NCBI RefSeq assembly: GCF_009834535.1
Contig: NC_045697.1
Coordinates: forward strand, 37,326,001-37,390,000
DNA: 64,000 nt
Reading direction: 5' to 3'
Source: Camelus ferus
Taxonomy: Eukaryota
A program made the translations under genes and the position numbers. Below, piece after piece: positions 1 to 11,625 of the stretch. The notes beneath the pieces are model-generated. The model had not been told where the DNA came from. It was given only the letters and a program-made list of their open reading frames with translations, and did not search any database. Positions within the stretch are counted from its first letter, which is position 1, and every line of letters begins with the position of its first letter.

Positions 1-1597
1 CTGCCAGCTCCGGTGGTAACGCCAAGCCTCCATCCTACCTGGTGGCACTGAATGGAGAATCTCAGGATGGAGTCAGCCATCCATCCCTTCCCAAATCTCC
101 TTCTCAATTCTCCTACCATTTCCAACCTTAGAGAACCAGAAATCCATTCTATCAAGGAAGTGGACAAATATCAAAAAACTATTGAGGAATAAAAATGGGG
201 AAACCTTCCCCAGTCCGTCATACAAAGACATACATGATACCATATGTGTATAAGATCTTGCTACTTTTTTCCTCCTATTTTAGTTAAGTTTGATTACAAA
301 GGTTGGTACAATGTGGAACCCATCTTTATAAATACGTATGTATATGCATACTTTCATTAAAAAGACTGGAAGGAAGTAAACCAAAATACAACTTGGTTAT
401 CTCTAGAAGTAGGGTTATAAATTATTTTATTTTTGATGCTGTCGTGATTGGTATTCTCCACAATTACTGTATTTCACTTTCATAAAAGGAAGAAATACAT
501 TATTGTGCAAAAATAGCACAACAGTTTCCCATATTATTATGAAAGCTGTGACCACACCATTTCTAATGGCTATTTGGTCAAGGGGGTGGTCAATGTTTCA
601 CTTAACTAGTCCTCCCCACACTGCTGAAGTTTGATAATGTCAAGTAAAAGGACATATTCTCAATAGGGTCACTTCCTTAAGATAGATCCCCAGAGGCGAA
701 GTTACCAAGTGAAGTGGTTTGAATACTGCTGAAGTCCCAGTGAATTTTGACAGCCGAAGTGAACGACAAGCAGGCTCTGCTTCTGATTCCCATTTTTAAA
801 GCTCTTACATACATATTTTTATTTCCTGCTGATTTTCGGGCTCACATGCTTTCATTGTCCCTGCCTTCCTGTGCTATTGATTCCCCGTGGTCCTTCCTGT
901 CCCATTTCTCTCCCTCATTCCCTTGCGGATGCCTTAAGGCACCCGGTGTTATAGTTTTTCCGCAGGCGTCTCCCTTCTCGCTCCTGCCGATGAGACGACA
1001 CTATTACTAGCTTCCAAACGTCCATTTCCATCTTCTTGAAATTTAGGACACAAGAAAGAAGTAATAAGCATGCTAAAGTGGCAGGACCATGGCATCTGCC
1101 CTGAGGGGTTGTCACAAGCAATAAATGCTCACTCCACTAACACCATGAATAGCCTTAAAAAAGTTAATAAACCTAAGGTCATTTACACACTTTTGATGAT
1201 ATCTCTTTGATGCCTTGAATACAGCATATTGTCTCCATGCCTGTCCAGATAGGCAGCCATAAAATACGGGGAGTTATTTTTAAGTTTCTGCATTGCATGT
1301 GATTTACAGACAGACTACTTACAGACGATCGTAGATGTAAAGACACTACTCTTCGCCTTCACTTTTTGCCTGAAAAAATTAGCCAAACAGTGCCAACATG
1401 AATGTAAGCATTAGGACCCTGACTCAGATTCCCCACTGCTGAAAGTTCGTGATCTAAGCCAGGGGGTCCCTGGCTTTTTCAGAGTTGTACCGTTCATTTT
1501 ATGTAATAAGCCCCATTCTTTGCTCTTCCCATCTCACGAACTATTTATGGTTTTATTACTTTCGTCATGTTCAGAGATTTCACAGCTATCAAAGACT

Positions 1598-3045
1598 TTT
1601 TAAAAAATTGAAGTGAAATTCATATGACATGAAATTAGCCATCTTAAAAAGAACAATTCGGTGACATTTAGTGCCTTCACAGTATCACGCAACCAGCACC
1701 CTTATCTAGTTCCAAACATTTTCATCACCCCGAAGGAAACCCTGGACCCACTAAGCCATTATTCTGCCTTATCCCCTAACCCAAGCTCTAGGTACTTACC
1801 AATCTGCTTTCTGTCTCTATGGATTTGCCTATTCTGGGTAATTCATATAAATGGAATCAAACAATATATGACCTCTCAATCATGTTTCTTTCACTTAACA
1901 TAATGTTTTTGAGGTTCATCTGTCTTGTAGTATGTAACAGTACTTCATTCCTTCTTTATGGTTGAATAAAATTCCACTGTGTGCACATACCACAGTTTGT
2001 TTATCCACTGTATGCGTGTACCCTTATTTACTGTTAAGGGATGAATAGCCCTAAGATCCCTTGATAGGCATTTGGGTCACTTCCACTTTTTGCCTACTGT
2101 GAATAATGCTACTATGAACATGTGTGCACATATTTTGAGTACCAGCTTTTATTCTTTGGGTTATATACCTAGGAGTGGAATTGCTGGGTCATATGGGAAT
2201 TCTCTGTTTAACTTTTTGAGAAACTACCAAACTGTTTTCCATAGGAGCAGAACCATTTTACATTCCTACTGGCAGTACACGAGGGTTCCAATTTCTGTAC
2301 ATTCTCACACTTGTTTTCCTTTTTAAACTTATTATTATTACAGCCAACCTAGTTGGTATGAATTGGTATCTCATTGTAGTTTTGATTTGCATTTCCCTAA
2401 TAACTAATTACATTGAGCATCTTTTCATGTGCTTGTTAGCCATGTGCTTTGTAGAAATGGCTATTCAAGTCCTTTGTTTTTGAATTGGACTATTTATTTA
2501 TTATTGAGAATATTCTTTACATATTCTGGATATACTAAACCTTTATCAAATATGTGATTTGTAAATATTTTCTTCCATTCTGTAGGTGTATTTTCACTTT
2601 CTTGATAATATCCTTTGATGCACAAAAGTTATTAACTCTAAGAAAGTCCAGTGTATTTATTTTGTTGATGTTTCACTTATACTTTTGGTGTCATATTTTA
2701 AAAACCATTGCCAAATCCAAGATCATGAGAATTTATTCTTACATTTTCTTCTAAGGGTTTTATGGTTTTATCTCATATTTAGGTGGTTGATCCATTTTGT
2801 TTTTTCTTTTTGGGGGAGACAGAAGATGGAGGCAACTAGGTTTGCTTGTTTGTTTGTTTGTTGGTTTATTTAATGGAGGTACTGGGGATTGAACCCAGAA
2901 CCTTGTGCATGCTAGGCACACACTCTACCACTGAGCTAAAGCCTCATGACACCCTCCCCGTCCCCCATCCCCCCTGTTGATCAATTTTGAGTTAACTTTT
3001 GTATGTGGTGTGTGGTAGGGAGCCCAGTTTCATTCTTTCCCATAT
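1598..3045 (-). mobile_element. L1 (L1MB-like) 3' fragment, interrupted by a SINE
   Basis: Typical antisense L1 3'UTR/ORF2 text (ttgaagtgaaattcatat..., aggagtggaattgctgggtcatatgg, ttttgatttgcatttccctaat). Confidence 0.85.
2800..2975 (-). mobile_element. tRNA-derived SINE (vic-1-like)
   Basis: ggaggtactggggattgaacccag...ctctaccactgagcta; flanked by near-identical gttgatc(c/a)attttg TSD. Confidence 0.9.
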
Positions 3046-3129
3046 CAAGGAAATTTTAAGTCGTTTAATCCAAATTCTTTTACAAACAAGAAAACAGGCT
3101 TGGGGAGGTGAGGGGACAAAATAAGTTTT

Positions 3130-3750
3130 TGGCTGAAACAAGACTGAGGCGGTCAAAGCCTGACCCCCGTCTACCACGTCACTCTGACTGCTCTTATAGC
3201 AGACGCTGGGCCCCCAGTGGGCCTCATTACAGTCCTCTTGGTCCACAGTTTCCTCCAGCCATTGTTGCAGCAACCTGCTTCCCACAGGTGCCTCCTGACA
3301 GCACATTGCCTCATCTGTACTGAGTACCCCTTGTTGTCTACCCTGGGACACCTCTGACACTAGGAGCCTGCAGGTGTCCACTTGGTCTCCATATGCACAA
3401 ACTTGGAAGTGCAAGAGAACTAATACCCCAATGGGCAACCAGTGACCAAAGGAGCAGGGCAGTGGGGAGAGGGCACAGAGACAATAGATGAATGCTCCTC
3501 TTTTCTACCACTTGAGTGAACAAATCTGGGGTATATTCTACATGGCTTTTCAGAGGGTCTCGTGGGACTCAGGTCCAGCTGACTACAGGAGCGTCCAGCT
3601 CAGCAGCACAGTTTTGTGCTATTTTTCCTCTTCCTGGGACACTATTTCAGTCCCCTGCTCCTATATCCTAGGATCATTTCCCAAAATAAATTCTCTCCAT
3701 GAAAGCTCTTGTCTCTCACTTTACTTTCTGGAGGAAACCCAGGCTAAGAC
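3130..3750 (+). mobile_element. Old ERVL-class solo LTR (LTR16/LTR33-like)
   Basis: AATAAA at ~3685 followed by the typical end ...ctggaggaaacccaggctaagaca; left boundary uncertain. Confidence 0.55.
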
Positions 3751-3759
3751 ATGCCTCAG

Positions 3760-4290
3760 GATAGGCATTGTTTTTATCCCCATTCTGCAGATGAGGAAAC
3801 AGAAGTTTGAAAACTTTGGAAAATGTCAGCTGGTAAATGGCAAAGCAAAGAATTGTGCTCATCTGATTTCAGATTCCTGTTACACTCTCCTCTCTCCAGT
3901 TCTGAGTGATATTTATTCCCCTCTCATTGTCTCACTATACCAGAAGCCAAGTCCCTGCAAATTCATCCCATGTCCCAAACCTATTCTTTGTACCCAGCAC
4001 CATCCACCTCTCCTACCTTCTGCAGGATGTGATCCCCAACTTCAGAAGGACCAAACTCAAGTGCCTCCTGAGGTTGCCTGGTAACATTAATAATGGCTAA
4101 CATTTATCCATCCCTGCCTAGGTACTAAGTACTCTTCTATGTCTTTTAGTTGTATTAGTTCATTCAATTCTCAACACAACCCTCTGAAGCAGGCACTGTT
4201 GTTATTACGCCTTGCCAGAGAGGAAACAGAGGCATGTGGAAGATAAGTAACTTGTCAAAGACACACACTTAAGAAATGGAGCCAGTCTTG
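3760..4290 (-). mobile_element. Two MIR fragments (~3760-3870, ~4090-4290)
   Basis: MIR core cccattctgcagatgaggaaacaga and gagaggaaacagaggc...aagtaacttgtcaaag. Confidence 0.7.
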
Positions 4291-5005
4291 TAAGGTAGGC
4301 AATATGATGGTTGTTTAGAAGCAATTCCAGCCTTCTAATTATTCAAGGAATCCAAAAATTCATATTTTATAAAAAATCTTCTAATTTGTTTGACTACTGA
4401 CTACTTAATGTTTAAGTTACTCTGTATAAGCCAAACCGAATGGGTATATTAATCAGATTTAGCCTTCTGGGTACCAGTTTGCAAACTCTGCTTAGCTATT
4501 TGGAATTTGGCACTTTGAGTTCATCTTTTCCACAAAATATAGTATCATTGTCACAAAGGACTGGTATTGGAGTCTCTAACTTTTGGAAAAGATGAGATTA
4601 GTCAGGAAGAGTGATCTAGTGGGATCATTTTAGTTGCTATAAACCACCTGGAGCAATTGCTTCTAATATAAGCAGCCAATTGGATATTGCACATTGATGA
4701 AATATTTGGTCACAGAGATTGATACTGGCTTATAAATCCCTAGGTTCTTAGTAATGGAACAAGATTAAGTATTCTTCACTAGTTATAAATCTAGTCTCTA
4801 CATTATATTGCTGGACAAAACATTGTATATTTTATAATACACTATTTTATTCTGATTGAAAAAAGTAATATATACTGTTCATTTTTTTAAATGTGAAAAA
4901 TATGAAAAACAATTAAGAAAATCTTTCCTAATCCTCATGCTCAGAGATAATATCAACATTTAGGTATGTTTCCTTCCAGTTTTATTTTCTAGACATAGAA
5001 CAATT

Positions 5006-5305
5006 CTTTTTTTTTTTTCTCCTTTTTTTTTTTAATTGAAGTATAGTCAATTACAATGTGTCAATCTCTGGTGTACAGCTTAATGTCCCAGTCACACATA
5101 CACATACATATATTAATTTTCATATACTTTTTCAATAAAAGTTATTGCAAGACATTGTTTATAGGTCCCTGTGCTATACAGAAGAAATTTTTTTAATTAA
5201 TTTTCATATATTGTAGTTAATATTTGCAAGTCTCGAGCTCCCAAATTTATCCCTTCCCACCCCCATTCCCCCCCCCCCCGGTAACCATAAGACTGTTTAC
5301 TATAC
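5006..5305 (-). mobile_element. Young 5'-truncated L1 3' end
   Basis: Poly-T then attgaagtatagtcaattacaatgtg...; TSD acatagaa(c/t)aattctt on both sides. Confidence 0.85.
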
Positions 5306-5864
5306 ACATAGAATAATTCTTACACATAGGTCTTAAAAGTATTTGAAGCTCTTAAAGAATTTGATGGTAATATGACATAGACTCAAATTGAAGCAGCTCA
5401 ATTCTGCCTAGTTCAAAAAAGTGATTTTCAGGTTTTCACATTTGTATAGTATAAGCATTTTCAGATTGCTTCAGGTGGCATTTTTTCCCCATATTCTCCC
5501 TTCCTTTTTTCACTTTCCTAACATTGCTTTTTAGCATCAAATTAATTTCTTATCTATATTTTTAAGTTGCAACAAAGTTTGTAAGCTTCTCTTGAGATTT
5601 TCTTGACAACCGTAAGTTATATTTGTGGTTATGCAAAGTAAAAGTACTTCAGAAAGAGTCCAGGACTGGAAATCCTACCCGTGAGATATAATAAAAGTTG
5701 TTTGAGTGAAGACTGTTTTGCAGTGCATAAAAGCACTTCTAGAGAGTAAAGCACTTAATGGAGCTCTATTAATCCTCTCAGGCCACCTGAATAGTCCAAG
5801 TATTGGTGAGGCAATAACTAGTCTACTAAATATGACCTTAGCAGCCTAAGATTTCATACAGCTC

Positions 5865-6383
5865 TGTAGTAAATGCTGTTTTTGTTACCTTAATCCATTT
5901 TCCTCTTTCTCCTTCCTAAGAGGACCCTAATATTTGATCAGACATCCACCTGATCAAATAATCCTATTTTTCTAAGCCAATCTTCTGTTGACTAGTACTG
6001 ATCTAGAGATAGGTGTGAGACTGTTACTGATCTACAGATAGGTGTGATAGAGATTGGGGGCCCAATCAGATGGAAGGGCATATTTTATTCCATGGCTCTC
6101 ACTCCCGCTGTACCCAAAGGAAGGGGTACCCCAGATTGCTGCTAGCAATGAAATTGCGACCAAGAGTGAAGTTGCATTAGGCAAAAGTGAAAGCAGAGGA
6201 CAACAGTGAATATATGTACAGAGTCTGGGTCCTTGGGATTCCCTGGAGCCTCAGAACATACTGCACCTGAATCTGTCCGACTATGGACTCCCAGCTCTGC
6301 AACATAATACTTTTCCTTATTGTTTTAGTCCATTTTGCATCAGTACTTTCTGCTACTTTCAGCCAAAGCATCCTATGTGGTAC
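5865..6383 (+). mobile_element. MaLR (MLT1-type) LTR
   Basis: tgtagt... start, ends ...ctttctgctactttcagccaaagcatcctatgtggtaca. Confidence 0.6.
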
Positions 6384-7279
6384 AAGCTCTACAGAGCTCA
6401 GTTTCTTTCCAAGCTTCAAGATGCTATAACTGGTTCTAGATTACTCAGAATTTAAATGGACCAAAACTGTCCTCTGTTTGCTATTAGTATTTAAAAAGCA
6501 AATCATGATAAAGAGCATACGAAGAATTTAGTTTTAATTAACTCATCATGAACAGAGTGAATTTTACAACAGGGTAGATTATAGCTCAATAAACTTGACT
6601 TAAAAAAATAAAATAAATTTTAAAACCTCCAACAAAAAATTTCTGTCCCTTAGGTTTCCGTTTAAGTACACAGTAACAGCCTCAGTTTCGCTGTCTCTCA
6701 GTTCTGCCATCCTTAGAACGTTTGGCTCAGCCTCTGGAGCTGAGGACAGACCTGTACTCCCCAAAGCAAGGGAAATGGAACAAACCAAGGCTCTGCTAGC
6801 TACGGTGAAGGGAGCAGGGAGGAATGGCTTTTACATAGTCATGCGAGGGTGTCTACCACAGTCAATCTTGAGTTTATTGTGCATTCATTCCAAGAAGTCT
6901 TTTCTGTTTACATCTCCAGGAACATTGAATATAATTATATCAGGACTATCATTGCCATCAGGCAACAATCTCAAAACACATATTAGAAATTCAGGAAGTA
7001 AGGCACTTAAAAGTGTAATGGTTTAAAATCATAGACTCTCAGAAAATCACATCCACTTGTTACATATCAAAGAGGTAACACGTATCAATCTTAGCGTCAC
7101 CTAAAATCCTGTGGTCTTTTTAAATGAAAGTTACTATTAATTTCATGACTCCTTTCAAATCTTTGTTTAACCATTTCAAAGGTCCAACCTTCTTTTGATG
7201 AGATTGATTAGTAAATCAATTAATTAGCATTTGTAACCCCCTAAAATACCCAGAGCATAGGCAAAATCTTATTTATTTA

Positions 7280-7320
7280 ACTAACACGACTTTGAAAATC
7301 AACTACACTTCAATAAAAAA
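7280..7320 (+). mobile_element. Ultra-short L1 3' end insertion
   Basis: actaacacgactttgaaaatcaactacacttcaataaaa between two copies of aaaatcttatttattta (7263-7279, 7317-7333). Confidence 0.8.
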
Positions 7321-7776
7321 TCTTATTTATTTAGATTAGTTATATAAATTAAGATTAAACCTGCAAAAAACATGGTCAAATCTGAAAAATGTGATGCTGA
7401 ATGAAAGAAGTCTGACAAAAGAGAGTAGATTCTATATGAATCCAATCTTTGAAGTTCAAGAACAGACAAAATTAATTTATGAGGATAGTAATCAGAACAG
7501 TAGAGGGGCAGGGGAGACTGACTGCAGAGGGACAAAGGAGCTTTCTGTGAAGATGCAAATATTCTGTGTTTTATCTTAGGTAGTGGTTAATGGGTGTAAA
7601 TGATCATCAGAAGTCTTCCAAACTGAACACTGAAGATCTCTGCATTTTAATTGATGTTAATTATATTTCAATTAAAAATTAAAAATAAATGTACATACTC
7701 AGGAACTACCTAAATAGCCATCAAGAGGTGACACAAATTATAGCACATACAGACACTGAAATAATATACAGCTTTA

Positions 7777-7985
7777 CTACTATATATAAAATAGGTAAAT
7801 AACAAGTTTTTCTTCTCTAGCACAGGCAACTATACTGAATATCTTGTAGTAACCTATAATGAGAAAGAATATAAAAATGAGTATCTGTGTGTATACATAG
7901 GACTGAAATATTACACTGTACACCAAAAATTGACACAACTTTGTAAACTGACTATACTACAATTTAAAAAAGGATGCAAGAAAAA
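7777..7985 (+). mobile_element. Young L1 3' end
   Basis: ctactatatataaaatag...tgtaaactgactatact; TSD aaataatat(a/g)cagcttta. Confidence 0.85.
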
Positions 7986-8018
7986 AATAATATGCAGCTT
8001 TAAAAAGAATGAGGTAGA

Positions 8019-8162
8019 GGGGGAGGGTATAGCTTAGTGGTAGAGTGCATGCCTAGCATGTAAGATGTCCTGGGTTCAATCTCCAGTACCTCCACTAAAT
8101 AAATAAATAAATTGAATTACCTCCCCGACCAAACAAAAACAAAAACAGAAAACAAACAAACA
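8019..8162 (+). mobile_element. tRNA-derived SINE (vic-1-like)
   Basis: ggggagggtatagcttagtggtagag...gggttcaatctccagtacctcc, A-rich tail, TSD aaaaaga(a/g)tga(g/a)gta. Confidence 0.92.
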
Positions 8163-8404
8163 AAAAGAGTGAAGTAAATCTAGTGAAATATGATGATCTC
8201 CAAGATAAATCTTCAAGTGAGCGAAAGATCTGGACTCGTATGTAGACTCTGTCATTTGTGTATGTTTGTACATACATAGAACTAACTCTGGAGGGACACA
8301 TAAGGCACCAGTAACAGTGGTTGTCTCTAGGGAGAGAAGCAGTCTGGTGAAAGCGGGTACGTGCAGTGAAAGAGGGCAGGGGGTGGCCAATTTTCACTGT
8401 ATAT

Positions 8405-8774
8405 ATATTTTTGGATGGAGAAATCAACATGAATGTATTATTTGAGGGGTGCAGTTTAGTTATAATTACAGGGGTTTGAATTACTGATACTTACCACTGT
8501 TGGATGTCATAATAATCCTTGGGTAGCGGCAGCCAGATGTAAGACAGATATGCTGGAATTGTCTGTTGAGTTGTGCTCCTGTCAGCCCTGCCACCGGATT
8601 TGATTACTACCATGTCCAGGGCTGAAGGAAGTTTTTCTTCACTATTTGCCGGGTGGTATAAATATTATTTCAGATAAGTTACTGGCCTCCTGGTAACCCC
8701 TCCTGGTTCATTTTCTGGAGTGAACAGCTGACTTTGTTGCTGCTGGATCAGGGTATGTCTTCACAAGGACTCAC
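8405..8774 (-). other. Unidentified ~370-bp insert with TSD (probable L1-mediated retro-insertion)
   Basis: Direct repeats ttcactgtatat at 8393-8404 and 8775-8786; L1ME-like text resumes on both sides; I do not recognise the insert as a repeat. Confidence 0.6.
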
Positions 8775-10933
8775 TTCACTGTATATTTTCAAACTATTAA
8801 AATATGTTACCACGTAACTATATATTGCCCACTTAAATAAATCAATTGCGTGAAAAAGACTAAAGATACAGAGCGAGAGTTAAGAAGATGCCAAAGCTAC
8901 TTACAGTAATTGAGATGATCCAGACACTAGTGTGGAGTGAACCTTATCCACTTGGCCTGCCAATCAGCCTTCCTCAAAACTGACACACCACCTGTCCATC
9001 TACATCCCTCAACTGGTACCTACTGTATCATCCTTGAGGTTTTTATTCACTTTCTCTATACATATGGTTTATCTTCATGGTTAGATTGTAAGTAACCTTG
9101 AGAGTCAGTACCTTGTCTTACACTTTTAGGGGGGACCTACCCAGTCCTTACAAATGGCTGGCAGCTAAATCAATATTCAATCATTAAAGTAAGTAAGTAA
9201 TTACTAAGTGTGACGGTTCTGTTTATCTCAATACCTGAAGTCATTGTTAATCATCATGAGACAATGATGACCCCAAAGGGGTTCCAACCAGTTGAGATAC
9301 TTTTTGATTTTTGCTTTCATATTTCAGTATTACATTGATGTGACTCATTTAAAACAAAATGCACTGTCTCCAAAATTTGTAAGTAAAATATGTGTAAATC
9401 AAATTCTACTTTAAATGTTCCAGGAGCTCATTATTTTAAATAGTTTACCTTGCTGGAGTTTTTAAAATAGATATAATACTCCCATCAGTAACATTGCAAT
9501 ATTTTTGTGATATGAATAATCACAGTATAATTAACCTGTTTCCTAAATTCAAAAGTCTAGGTCATATATTTCCCAAGGCAACCCTCAGCTGTGCTTGGAT
9601 TAACACCAAAATGACTTTTTTTTTCTTGAGTCCTATGCTTAAAACCTAACTTACTCTCCCTTTTTACTTTTATTATTGAAGGAGGGTGAATGCAATTATT
9701 AAAAGGGAAAGGCGACAGGATAATAAAAGACAAAGGCATAATCCTAGAATATTGGGGAAATGGAGGCCCGGGAGCCTCGGATAACAATGAGGAGAAGAGA
9801 AAGACCATCCCCGGGAGCAAAGAGGTCACTTACCAGCAAGCAGTGGAGGCAGGTGGGCTGGGTAGGCTGGGGACGGGAGGCAAGGAAAGATGTGAAACTA
9901 AACAAGCTCTTGAATCTAAGGAGGGTTGAAATAAGGGGCAAATAGATGTTTCAGAGTCAGGCTGGCTCAGAGCTGAGCTAATTGTTTACTTCTGAACATT
10001 GAAAGGGAATCTTGAACTGGAAGTTTTTCTCAAATAGGACACCTCTTTAGGTAAAACACCACACTGGTCCCATGGAAGTGGAGTGCCCACGTGCACTGTC
10101 TCTGCTCAGAACACATATAACACATAGGAGGTGGCTCTTCAGTGACTCTGTTTTTGTTTGTTTCTTGTTTGTTTACTGCTCGTGGACATTGGAGAACTGT
10201 TCTGAAGCACCGGGACCCCTGCGACTGCTTCTAAGAAAGTAGCCTCCCCAGGATGGCGCCCGCCTCTACCTCACAAGGCCGGTCCACCTCCATCTTGCTC
10301 TCTGGTACTGACGCAGGATCAGGGGAGACGGAGAGGAAGGCTTGACGGCATTTTTTTAGTTTGTTCGTTGTCTTCGCTCGCTGGAACGTCAGCTCCGTGT
10401 GGGCAGAACTGCTGCTTTACACACTACTGCATATGTCCCCAGCACCTAACACAGTGCCTGGCACAGAGTGGGCACTCTGAATAGTTGTCAAATAAATGAA
10501 TGAATTGGCTGCAGGCCTACCTTTTTGCTTTCTGGTAGGAATGGCAGGTTTCAGGGAATGAAAAGAGTATCAATTACCGAGCTGGGTTCTTTACATAAGA
10601 CCTCTCAGTGTTGGGGGTTGACCTATGCCAATTTGGTCAGTCAACAGTCAGTGGTTATTCTGGTAAGAATTAGTCTCCTCTGGCCTCCGAGGCGGATAAA
10701 AGCTGTCAATTCCCTCTCCTCCGATCTCCCCCAACAGACTACTTAGTAAGACAGTATGTTTCAATGAAAGTATATCCTAGACCAGCCTCTTGGTAAAGTA
10801 TAAACACTGATTGGCCACCAGGCACAAAAACAGCCACACAGCCTATTCTGATGAGTGCAGAGAACCCCACTCCTTGTCCTCAGGCCTTCTGACTGCACCT
10901 TGTGTGGGAAGCTCACTTGTAGTCTTTCTGTAG

Positions 10934-11077
10934 GATTCTGACCGATGGATTAACCAACCTTCCAAATGCATCTCAGGGCAGAGCCCTCTGTGAACAGAGA
11001 AAACAAACATTAGACCAAGCAGAGTTCAGGATGGAGATGCAGCTCTGAAAACACCAGGACTCTTCCTCTTCCTTCAG
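10934..11077 (+). ncRNA. Candidate non-coding exon
   Basis: Branch-like ctcac (~10912), acceptor tctttctgtAG, donor CAG|GTAAGG; stops in all three frames. Confidence 0.3.
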
Positions 11078-11409
11078 GTAAGGACAGCGGGTCCTGCGAA
11101 ACTTTCTAGCCAAACCCATATCCTAACACTCGGTAGAGCCAATGGAAGAAAGAAAAGCTGTGGTACAACCTTATACCAGTTTCTGAGCCTTCTGGTGTGT
11201 AGATTCTTAATGATACTTGAAATGCTTAACAACCACTTCCGAGGCGTGGGCTCTGGATTAGTTTCTTTAAAACGCTAAATAACCACCCCCCTCCCCATTC
11301 CCTCGCTCCCCCCTGTGCACACACATTTACACATACACATGGGTTTATTCCGCAGTACTGTACTACATAAACCATTCAATTCCCAAAACCTTTCTGGAGG
11401 GAAAGTAAG

Positions 11410-11625
11410 AAGAACATATAGTGCTTATTACATGCTCAGCCATGTTCAAGGAGCCGTACACGTTTAACCTTCACAACAACACCACTACTATTACCCTGAT
11501 TTTACAGATGAGGAAGCTGAAGCCCAAAGAAGGGATGCGTCCAAGCTCATGCTGCTGATAAGCGGTCAGGGCCAAGTTCAAACTTGCTGCAGAGTTTCAG
11601 AGCCCTCACTCTTAACCACTATATT
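11410..11625 (-). mobile_element. MIR
   Basis: ttttacagatgaggaagctgaagcccaaaga...ctcttaaccactata. Confidence 0.8.

Larger units (their letters stand above)
7350..8840 (+). mobile_element. Old L1 (L1M/L1ME) 3' regions hosting nested insertions
   Basis: atgctgaatgaaagaagtctgac..., aaaaagaatgaggtaga, ctctggagggacacataag...aacagtggttgtctctaggga. Confidence 0.65.

Noticed and set aside
915..1140. Acceptor at ~965 plus AATAAA at ~1120, and overlapping short ORFs
   Set aside because: No recognisable peptide or partner exon; these signals are common by chance.
3488..4084. 198-aa ORF, the longest in the track
   Set aside because: It runs across an LTR end and a MIR (IPILQMRKQK is translated MIR core), with no recognisable domain.
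8019..8092. tRNA-like sequence (and the ~11 similar copies)
   Set aside because: These are SINE heads with A-rich tails and TSDs, not tRNA genes.
8405..8774. By-eye resemblances of the insert to filovirus NP C-terminus, histone H2B, RPS15A, BEX and RAMAC
   Set aside because: Each needs many indels or frameshifts and they are mutually incompatible. This shows by-eye matching is unreliable here, so no identity is assigned.
9262..9340. C-box-like ATGATGA suggesting a C/D snoRNA
   Set aside because: No properly placed CTGA D box or terminal stem, and no match to a snoRNA I recognise.
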